Assembly: GCA_051294375.1 (NCBI GenBank)
Contig: CM119265.1
Coordinates: 1,026,089-1,090,088 of the forward strand
DNA from: Paraspadella gotoi
Taxonomy: Eukaryota > Animalia > Chaetognatha
Direction of reading: 5' to 3'
DNA length: 64,000 nt
A program made the position numbers and the translations under genes. Positions 1 to 11,900 of the stretch are shown in pieces (within the stretch, counting starts at the first letter, position 1; every line of letters begins with the position of its first letter). The notes below the pieces were generated by a model, which worked only from the letters and a program-made list of their open reading frames with translations, was not told the origin of the DNA and searched no databases.

Positions 1-1356
1 AAATCCAGACTTTAATCTCATTAGTTCGATTTTGATGAAATAAATCTTGGACGGTTTTGGAGTAAATCTTGGTAAATCTTAGATTTGGGCGGTCGTGAGG
101 GAAAAGGGTGTGACCAATCGGTCTCAGTATTGATTGATTATGAAAACAGGACTGACATCAGTAAAAAGTGTTGACATTTTTGGAATACAAATAAAAACGG
201 TAATTTCAATATATTGCGCCGCAGTAACTTCCTTTCACGTGTATTTCTGAGTGATCACGTAATTAAGAACGTAATTAAGATGGCATACACTGTATCAGAA
301 TTTAATCTTTAATTTGTTTAATTTATTTTTTAATTTGTTTAATTATTTCTTTTGTAGACATAGTGAAAGGACTTCGTTTCGTTGCGTTTTTAAATTGAAA
401 GAGAAAACAAAGTTTGTTTTTTGTTTACAAACAAAGAAGTTTATTTCTTTAAGTTTGTCCTTGGTGAAGACTCGAAAAAGAGTCGAAACATGTCCACTTA
501 AAGAAATCAACTACGTTGTTTGTAAACAAAAACAAACTTTGTTGTCTCTTTCAATGATTTTTTTCAAAATTATAACGTTTCACAAAGGTCATACCAAATA
601 TGAACTAAATTTTTTTAGTCGGATCTGCTTACAGCAGATCCCGACTCTATAAAGTATAATCCACTCAATCTTGTCGAATTATAATAAATTATGCAAAAAA
701 AAAAAAAAAAAAAATGATGTCCGTCCGTCCCCCTTAGCAAAAAACTTCAATTACTCGTGATTGGATGGATGGATTGAAATGAAATTTTGTGTGTGGGTAG
801 GGAAGTGTGTGAATCACAAACTTATTCTGTCTGTCCCTAACTTAGCCTCTCTTCACCATTGAACACTGTCCTTTCTCAACTCTGTGTTGGAAAACTTTGC
901 CCTCCCTCTGTTTGACTTTCTCTCTCTCTCTCTCTCTCTCCCCCTTCTTTATGCACAAAGTTCGAAATGTGAACCGAAACATGTCCGTTTTTCAATTAAT
1001 AAACTCAATAAATTCAATTTTTTCTCTATAAGTTGTCGATTTGTATGAAATTGGTGCAACCAATTGGTGGTTCAAGGCCTTCATCACTATTACAAGATAA
1101 TGACATTGCAGGTCCCTGCAAGCTTCAATCAAGACTCTCCTTAGAATGAAACTCCAATTAATCATGATTATATCAAACTTTTTAAAAGCCAAATGAATCT
1201 AGCTGAACCACTGGCAAAAACCAGTTTTAACACTTGAAAAATATTGAGAGAAAAAAAAAAAACCACGCCCCAAAATTAAAAGGAAATATCAATACCCGAT
1301 CTTCAATTTATTTTCTTCCTAATCCCAATTATCAATTCATCGAATTTAACTCAACA

Positions 1357-1566
1357 ATGAACTCGGACAAGCCGGACGTGTACTCGCGCCACAATCAACT
1401 CCAACGCCATTACGCCAGGATTCCCTGGCGCGAGTTGAGACGGTCCGTAGACACGTTGCCCGGTTTCGATCGTGTCTTGGATTTGGGTTGTGGCAGCGGA
1501 GAAGTCACCAGGAATTTGGCAGAATTTCTAGCTGATCTCCCGAGGAAAGATGGAAGGTAAATAACA

Positions 1567-1607
<41 letters not shown>

Positions 1608-3393
1608 CTGAAATAAAAGAGACAATTTGACAATTAAGACAATAAGAAGATTAAACGATTAAACGATGAGTATTGAGCAAGAAAAATTGCACTAATGGCA
1701 CTAAAAATAAAATTCAAACAATTAAGGATCATTGCGGACATTGCAAATTGGAAAAGTATTAAATATATCAATGAAAATCATGAGTGAATTTTAGCATTAC
1801 ACTAGGCCATTTGCTATTTTTTTTTTTTTTTAGTCATAGACAGAAACTTGGCAAATGAAAAAAAAGTAAATACTATCATTATGGTACCTAACATTTATAC
1901 TAGGCCATTGCCTCTTTTATGGTGAACTAAAATCCACTGACCGTTGATCAGCGGCCATTGGTACAGGAGGCCTGCAGGTCATTCACCTCCCAGTCCAATG
2001 GTCCGGGGTTCTAGTCCGGTGGCCGCTGTAACCCTGATGTGAAATACTGTTGATATTAAATAGTTCCATTCCATCTTAATAAAAAAGTGAGCATCTTCGC
2101 ATTTCACTTTCCGCTCGGTCGGTCTGTCTCCCTCATCGATACTTCAAAATTTTCATCTTCGTCTGTTTGTAAAGTTTGGATCCTTGCCTTGATGAAACCA
2201 AAACATTATTTCCTTTCATTTCATTATTTTTATTATACAACCAAATATTGAGCTGATGATTGTAAATAAAACGAATTCGTTATACGTAAACTTTACAAAT
2301 TTTTCTCTTCTTAAATATTTCAATATTATATATAACGACTAAATTCATAATATTTTCTCAGAAATCCGCCCCGTTTGGTCGTCGGCATCGACTCTTCGCC
2401 GGAAATGATCGAATTTTGCCGGAAAAGCTGTCCGGTCACCTCCTCCTCCTCCTCCTCCACCTCTTTCGACTTCCGCATCGCATCCTTCGACGATCCTTTC
2501 CCCCAAAGTTGGAATTGGTCGTCCGCGTTCGACCTCATCACGTCACACTTGGCGATTCACTACGCCAAAGATTTGACGCCAGTGTTCGACAACGTGCGGT
2601 TGGCGCTACGCCACGGAGGACGATTTTTGATGGCGTTCGCTGCGGAGGCGGCGGAACAGTTGGTCGTTGGTAAGTTAAGGGTCTGGGTCTGGGTGAGGAG
2701 AACTCATTGGAGTTGCGGTGGGGAAGTTGAAATTGCATCAATTGGAATTGGTTCGGGATAAGCGATACCATTTATAACCACAATATTACAATACCATATA
2801 TTTATTTATTTATTTTTACATTCAGCCGGGCAAGAAACCGCTCTCAAATGGAAACAAATTCCTTCCAACGTAATGGAGAACTTTATTCCAGTCACGAGAC
2901 AATTGAAGGGAAAAGACGATGATGATGATGATGAAGATGACGACCCTGTAAAGATTGTGAGGCGAATAGTGGAAAAAGCTGAACTCATCGTTCACACTTG
3001 CACAATGAAAAGGTGAGAGAGAGAGAGAAAGAGATGGTTTTAATCTCACTTTATGGCAACAGCCGGGTTGCCTGTGATGCCCATTAGGATGGGGCATCTC
3101 ACTGTTAGCTATGGGGGGCTTCCGACCCTCAGTGACGCCTCCTGTCACTGGCGCTGTTACCCTAGGACGGTCTCGCTTTGCCAACGCAGAGGGAAGTCGT
3201 TAGGACTGTGGATGGAACACTACGCCTGGGATGGTGTGTTCCCCCTCTGAGCCAATGGGATTGGCTGAACAATCGTGGACGTGAGGTGGTGTGAATATAC
3301 CACCACAACTTTGTTTCTTTCGCTGTCTTTCTCTTCGTTCTTTTCTCACTACCTCCTTTCCCTCTCTCTCCCCCTCTCCCTCTTTTTCCCTCC

Positions 3394-3443
<50 letters not shown>

Positions 3444-3653
3444 GAGTCCTACACTTTCTCGTCTACTTCTGAGCTCCGCGGGACGTTGGAATCACTCTGT
3501 CCTCATCTTCGCTTCGTCTCGGTTGATTCGAAGGAGAAATTAGTGGATGACCTTTTGACGGAATACTTGAGGGTGTGCCGCTGCACTGAAGGCGAAGAGA
3601 TGAAAGCGACACACGACCTCAATTTGGTCGTCGTTTATGGAGAAAAACCTTGA
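1357..3653 (+). CDS. Class I SAM-dependent methyltransferase, juvenile hormone acid O-methyltransferase (JHAMT)-like, paralog 1; exons 1357-1556, 2362-2669, 2826-3012, 3443-3653
   Basis: GT-AG junctions join the four exons in frame. The protein has the N-terminus YSRHNQLQRH, SAM motif I VLDLGCGSG, VVGIDSSPEMIEFCR, FDLITSHLAIHY, LRHGGRF and the C-terminus LVVVYGEKP*, which follow the JHAMT family pattern. Confidence 0.85.
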
Positions 3654-3678
3654 AATTAAAAATTAAGAATATAATTTA

Positions 3679-3719
<41 letters not shown>

Positions 3720-4004
3720 TTTTATAGTATTATCGCGCTAAATAAAAAGATATACGCTTCAAATATTTAAATTAAATTTTAATGCGCTTAACTATAGGTA
3801 TGTAACATATGTATCATGTATTATAATTCTCAGTGATTCGATGAAAGTAGTGAAGAAATAGTGAGTACATAAATAATAGATCTTTACAAGATAATTATTA
3901 CCCAACGGCCGATATGAACCATCTGTTACTCCCTGAGGACAAAAACACGATGGTAAATTTGATCAGTGTCCAGCTTTGTCAGTGATCACTGATCAATCAT
4001 CTTA

Positions 4005-4097
4005 GTCAGTTGTCAGTTTGGTCCGCTGGGTCAGATGTCAGTTTGGTCAGTTGTCAGTTTGGTCAGATGTCAGTTTGGTCAGTTGTCAGTTTGGTCC
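4005..4097. repeat. 16-bp tandem repeat
   Basis: GTCAGTTTGGTCAG(T/A)T units. Confidence 0.75.
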
Positions 4098-4683
4098 GAT
4101 GATCTTATGTTTTTCATCTCAAGATTAATTTTTCTGAATCATCTGTTTATTTGTAAGGATTTTTAAACAGTTCATATTTAATGAATGAATGATAAATTTG
4201 TATAATATTTTTAACTAATATTATTATAGCAAACGAGTTTCGACTACCGAGTTATAATTAAGCTGAAGAGAAACAAAAATGCAAGTATAGAAAATAAAAA
4301 AATGGAAAGTAACTAACGCCAGTCAATAAAAGAGAAATGAAGAGAATTGAATTGAATTGAACAGTACATCACCCTGGACAGCAACTAGTACGTCAAGGGG
4401 TCTTTTGTTTTTCGTGTTAAAATACATGATACTCTGTAAAAGGGGTACGGAATATCACTAAAGGCGGTCATTCACTTGGGTTATCTGTTCATTTGTTTTC
4501 CAAACGTTTTCGAATCGTTCAATCAGCTAACATGAGATACAATTTGGATTAAGTTACATTAATCAAAGTAGAAGCCAATTTTAGAATGTCTGGGTGATTT
4601 GTAAAGAATAGAGACAGCATTTTTGGTGTTCGGGTCTTAAAAATCGACGGCTCGACAAAAGTTCATCCAAAACGCGAGAGAGA

Positions 4684-4725
<42 letters not shown>

Positions 4726-5008
4726 GTGTTCATTGGCCAACTGGATTGGCTCAGTGTAAATTCAAAGTCGAACAAATTTCAATTTTTATGGATTAAAAAT
4801 ATTTTTATTTTTTCGCCTGGAAAACACTCGCGGGTCCAGGCCTCCGATAGACTCGCTCCCTGTCTCAATTGACATTTTCTTATCTAAACACATTATTCAT
4901 TTTATTTATAATTCCATCAAAATAGACTATTTTAAGCGAAAAACTTTTTCATATAATTAATTAAATTTTAAACGAAAAGAATTTAAATTAAAATCACAAA
5001 TTCAAAAC

Positions 5009-6555
<1,547 letters not shown>

Positions 6556-6734
6556 ATTTGGCGTTTTATACATTGTTTAAAACTTAAGGCATTACTTCTG
6601 GTTATAAGTCCCATACCTTTTACATAAGGCCTGATTAATGATTATTTCATAAAGCCTGCTTGCTTGCTTGTTAATTGTAGTTTTTCTCTTGATCTGTCAA
6701 TTGTAGTACTAACCACTCGGTACGTTAGTAAGAG

Positions 6735-7085
6735 TTTTTTTTTAGTCGGATCTGCTTATCAGCAGATCCTGACTCTATAATTCACTTTGTCGGTCCGTCG
6801 GTCCGCCCCCTCAATCTTGTCGGGAATTAACTTATTTCATGTTAAAATATCGAATTATGATAAATTATATAAAAAAAAAAGATGTCCGTCCGTCTGTCTG
6901 TCTCTCTGTCTGTCTGTCCGTCCGTCCAACCTAAGCAAAAAACTTCAATTGCTCGTGATTGGATGGATGGATTGGTATGAAATTTTGTGTGTGGGTAGGG
7001 AAGTGTGTGATTGAGCTGGATATGAAGTTTCGATGGAACGGTGCGAATGGAAATAAGTTTAAATGAAAAAAAAACCTGTTTCACT
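6735..7085 (+). mobile_element. Helentron/DINE-1 (HINE)-like non-autonomous repeat; other copies or fragments at about 612-815 (+), 7470-7500, 28040-28570, 29110-29290 (-), 31565-31612
   Basis: T-run, then a 5' hairpin GTCGGATCTGCT-TATC-AGCAGATCC, a (GTCC/GTCT)n microsatellite and the TGAAATTTTGTGTGTGGGTAGGGAAG block shared among copies. Confidence 0.55.
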
Positions 7086-7511
7086 AATTGATTACGCTTC
7101 TTTATCTTTTTATATTAAATATAAATGTAATAATTTATCAAATAATTACTCAGCTAATTAATAAATTAGTCAATTAATTAATCGGTCAATTAATCAATTA
7201 TTCAATCAATCAAATTATTTATAAATTTATTAATTATTTAATCAATCAATCAAGTCAATCGTTATCGGCATTATTGTCGTCGTCGCCATCATCGTCGTCA
7301 TTGCTTTTGTCGTGGTGAGTGACGAAAAGACTTAAAAACAAACATTTCGGATCAAATTAATTAATTTATTAATCAAATTATTATTTTAGCTTATATAGTT
7401 TGTTTAATTAATTAATTAATTACCGCTAATTAATTAATTAATTAATTAATTACCGTTAATTATCGTGGGCATATCCGACATTGTTTGCTCAAACTTGTTT
7501 AGTCTAATTTT

Positions 7512-7905
7512 TGTAAGACTTCCGTTTTTAGATATCAGCGCAGGAGACTCAGCCTGACCGAAAGTGAAATCGGATCAAAATCAGAATCAGAATCGGAGGA
7601 TCGGGCAATATCCGTAGAATCAGAATCCCCGGATTTTGATTGGTCGAGGTGAAACTGGCATCGACCAATCAGCTTGCAGAATCAATGAAACTGTCCAAAC
7701 AACTCTTGCCTCTGGTCCTCCTCTCTAGATATAAATAGACTTAGCTTTCCTTAGTTTCAGTAGAATTGATCTGGACTCCTGCGTGTGTCTCACCGTCATC
7801 CTTATTCTCTGAATAAATCTCATCTTTGATTTCGTCCCTAGAAATCCATGAGTTTTTCCTTAAATGTGGTGGCAGCGGTGGGATTTGAACCCACGCCTCC
7901 AAAGA
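7512..7905 (+). mobile_element. Solo LTR-like element (TGTAAG...CTTAAA) followed by an extended tRNA-Leu primer-binding sequence
   Basis: CCAAT, TATAAATA (about 7730) and AATAAA (7812) lie in LTR order. 7867-7905 is TGGTGGCAGCGGTGGGATTTGAACCCACGCCTCCAAAGA, the reverse complement of the tRNA-Leu 3' end plus CCA. Confidence 0.7.
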
Positions 7906-8930
7906 TAATGATATAATTAAAACTTACCGGTTTAAATTATTAATTCAAAGTTTATTTAAAGTTCAAACTTTAATGTAACAGAGTTAAATTAAATTAAATT
8001 CCCAACGAACTAGTATGTAGTGAAGCGACTTACCACCGGTAGCATTTTTTAAGCTGATCTCAAAGATTTTCGTGTCCCCTACGAAAGATATAAACAAATG
8101 AAGTAAGTTTTTAAAATTTTACTTATATTCTGAAATATTTAATGTTTTTACAAAAGTGCGATTCTAAACCAAATTTAATTAAAAAAAAAAGTAAAAAATC
8201 CTACAGTTTACAAAAAGGCAAGGCGGGTCACAACATGTTACTGCATATCACAATGTTACTCCGCGTTACAATGTTGTTGCATATCACAATGTCACATTGC
8301 CAAAAGGAGCAATGAGGGACAAAGAGAGATCCGGTCACCTAATCAGCCAAAAAATATTTGACAAAAGCAAAGAATTAAATAAATAAGAAAAAGTGAAAAT
8401 TTGTTATATTTTGGGCGCATCAGTTATAAAAAAAGGAATTTTGATGCCAAAATTCGATTAAAAAAGTTAAATCGAATTCTAGTTAGAATTAGATAAATTT
8501 AATAATACACATTATAAAATAATAAATTAATAATACATTTCCGAGGTTCAAATAAAACCAATTAACCAGATACATATCAACGAGTTGAGCCCAGGAAAAG
8601 GATTCCTCCATCTGCCAGAAATTGCAGAATTTCTTTTTCTGGTTGAGGGATCATGAATGCCAGTTGGGCCGGTTACAACTGGTTGCCAGTCGAGCCGACC
8701 AAGCTTGAATGGTATTTAATGGCAGTTAGGTGTTGTCGTCGTTCGATCTTAAGAATTTAAAGTCACCAAAAATTGGATGTTAATGTTTTGACATAAAATG
8801 ATTTTGGTTGGAGTTCTTCAATTTAAGCCAACGACTTGTGGATGACGAAAACCTTTGATATCAGTTCCTTTACGTCAACCATGCCTCTATCATTCCAACT
8901 ATTTCACGCCAACCCTCGACGCCAACTCCT

Positions 8931-11900
8931 TTACGCCAACCACCCCTTAATCGCTCCGACCGCTTCTCTCATCGCTTCCATATTCTCTCTGATTTCCGCT
9001 TCCAACGACGAGGCGTCCGTCGACGCCGACGGCCGCTCGTTCAACAGCGCCACCAACCGTGACGTGAAGAACCAGAGTCGCCGCGCCATCGGTGGCGTAG
9101 AGACGGGAGAGTCCGTGGCGTGGCGATGTCGTCGGCGAAAGTGGAAAGCGACGGCAGAGAATTCCAGAACCTGAAGACACTCGACGACCTTTGGCGGGAA
9201 AATGGATGGAATAATAAATGAATTATGTATAATATTATGTATGTATTATTGAGTTATTCTTAAATGTTTGAAAAATTTTCAAAATTACCTGTTTCACTAT
9301 ATTAGACTTTAAAATTTTATATTAAAATTTAAAAATAAATGTAAAAATTTAATGTATTTAATGTATATTATAATACAAATATAGGCTCCATATATTTTAA
9401 GAAAAGAAGACTATCATCCTAACCCCGTCATTTAATTTAATAATTGAAATAATTATTTAAAATATTAAAATTTAAACATGAAATTTTAAATAAAACAATT
9501 ATTCCAAATAATAAGAGCTACAAAAGAAATCTTGAAATATTCGTAAATTATTTAATCAAAACTAATACCGACAATAAAAATGAATTAACAATAGAAGCCA
9601 TTTAAAAACTTGATATATGTATTCTTTTCAAAAAGGATGAAGGAAAAAATCTCTTATTATAAAACAAAAAATGCTACACTGTACATTACATACATATCGT
9701 TACTCCCATCACATTTAATTAACATAATTACCTCCTCGAAGGCATCCCGGACGAGCCTGTGCAGCCTTCTCCTCATCTCCTTAGCCTCCTCGTGTTGAGC
9801 CAGGATGTCGTCCGTTCGTTTGTAACGAACACGTCGGCTTCGATTGGCCGACGCGACGAGAGAATCGAGACATTTGCGAAGCTGAAGACTCCATCTGAAA
9901 GTTGGAGGGCGGGGTGTTGATTCGAAATTGCTATATGTTCATCCCGCTTATAAACCGTGACCCGGTGGCTAACGAACATTAGGTACCGGGATCGATTCCC
10001 AATGGTACCCAATAGAAGCGTAAGGACGGCCGTCAACCGCCTTGGGGGCGTGGAAAACCCTCAAGCCTGGTTCCAAGCCCAGGACCCGTTCCATGGCTGC
10101 TAGAGGGGGCACATAAGTTGCGGATAGCACTCTTCAGTCCAGTTAACGTCTTATCCACGGACATTCATTCCTTTATTCAATGATTCAGTTATATTTCAAA
10201 TATTTAGCTTTTGATTTATTTCTTATTTAATTTCCTCATTCGTTCACTGATTTTCTTTAATCGCTTCTTTATTCATTCGTTCGTTCATTCATTCATTCTT
10301 TCATTCATTAATTATTTGTTTCCAGCGTTTCTTCATTCACTTATTATTCAGTTTTTACATTTTCATTCATTAAATCAACTCATTATTTCTTTCCCTCCAT
10401 TCATTCATTTTAACTTACCCATTAACTCTCCTGTAGCGCCGAAAGTAAGTCGCCCTCGCGTACCATCCTTTGTCCAGATTAGCGATATCGTCAGCTCCTC
10501 CGATTTCCACTTTCTCCAAATCTTGCTTATCGGTTGTGCATCCAACCCAAACTCGATAACTGGAGTGAGAAAAGGAATTTATAAACCGTAGTGAGGAGAA
10601 TATGTAAATAGTATTAAAAGTGTAATAAAAATTGATTTGAAATATAATTAACTGGTCATATCATTATAAGTGTAGCTAGCTGTTCTCAGAAAAAAATAAA
10701 TCAACGAAGATTGTCATCTCCGGGCCTCTTTCTCAACCGTAGTGCCCAAAACCCCGATTTGAATAACAAAACCTTGGCTGTCCTTTCTACGTCCCTTTCA
10801 CAACACCGTAGTGCCCAAATCCTATCTAAGATCGTTTCACATCCTAAAAGCCCAAAGCTTCACCCCTAAATTATCTCCCTGATTGTAGTTGTCCTCTCTC
10901 TGTCTCCCCACTTTCCCCAACCGTAGTGCTCACCCAAGTTTCTCATCATGACGGTAGTGGGTCTCAAAGTCTCTCGCGCAATTCCAACAGAAACTCTTTC
11001 CGCAAGAACAACTCATGTGGTCGCATCCTTCCCCTTTTTCCATCTTGCGTTTGCAATGAGGACATTGCTTCAGTTTGGCCGTGTAAGGGTCAGAGTCACC
11101 TATGAAATAGAAAAGGAATTTGTGTTCAGTGATTGAATTTGTGTTCATTTGAGATAATACATCTCAACTTATTAATAGTGTTTTTTAGCCATTTAATTAT
11201 ACAAATATTTGTACATTGTACAATTGACGGCTTTATTTATAAGAAAATTAATGTATCTAGAATGTGAGTCTTGCTTTAAAACTTGCAGCATCATGTTATG
11301 TTATCATCATCAAACAGAGATAGTCCTTAATCCACCATAGCCTGATCTCAGTCAGAAAGTAGAATAATATAGTATTGAATAATTTAATGATTAATTATTT
11401 ATTATTGAATAATTCTATGATGTTCTACGTTTATTAATTATGTAGTATTGATTAATATTATGATTTTAGGACGTTTATTAATTATGTACAGTGGTATTGA
11501 ATAATTTTAAGATGTACTACCAATTTCATAGTTAAGTTTATTTTACTTCCAGACTTCTTACTTTCCTAACTTACCCAAATTCAGCGCTAAAACCTCTCTA
11601 ATCTCTGCCCCTCACCCAAAAATCCCTAATCTCCAACCCTGACCCAAACCCGCCCTGTTCCTCACCCAAAAAAGTCCCGTCGAACAAAAGGACATCGTGT
11701 CCCTTCTTGACTCTCTCTTCGAAATAAGCCTCGCTCTCCCTGCAACTCGCCGGCCAGTGCTGCTCCTTCAGGCAGCGAAAACAGAGGAGCAGTCCGCAGG
11801 AGCAAGCGACCGGCAGGCAAGTGGAATCGGCGGAGGAGTCGGCTCGAGCCGAAGCCTCCAACGGTTCGTCGGCGATGAGGACGCAGCCGCAATCTGGATT

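Noticed and set aside
1945-2035. tRNA gene or SINE head (GGTTCTAGTCC)
   Set aside because: Only a B-box-like motif and terminal inverted 9-mers; no cloverleaf, and single copy here.
7867-7905. tRNA-Leu gene
   Set aside because: Only the 3' portion is present and it has an encoded CCA; no D-arm or anticodon arm. The same holds at 29526-29562.
8595-8665. SECIS-like element (ATGA..AAA..GA) in the RBR 3' UTR
   Set aside because: Helix II pairs poorly in the required register, and the gene has no in-frame TGA and ends in TAA.
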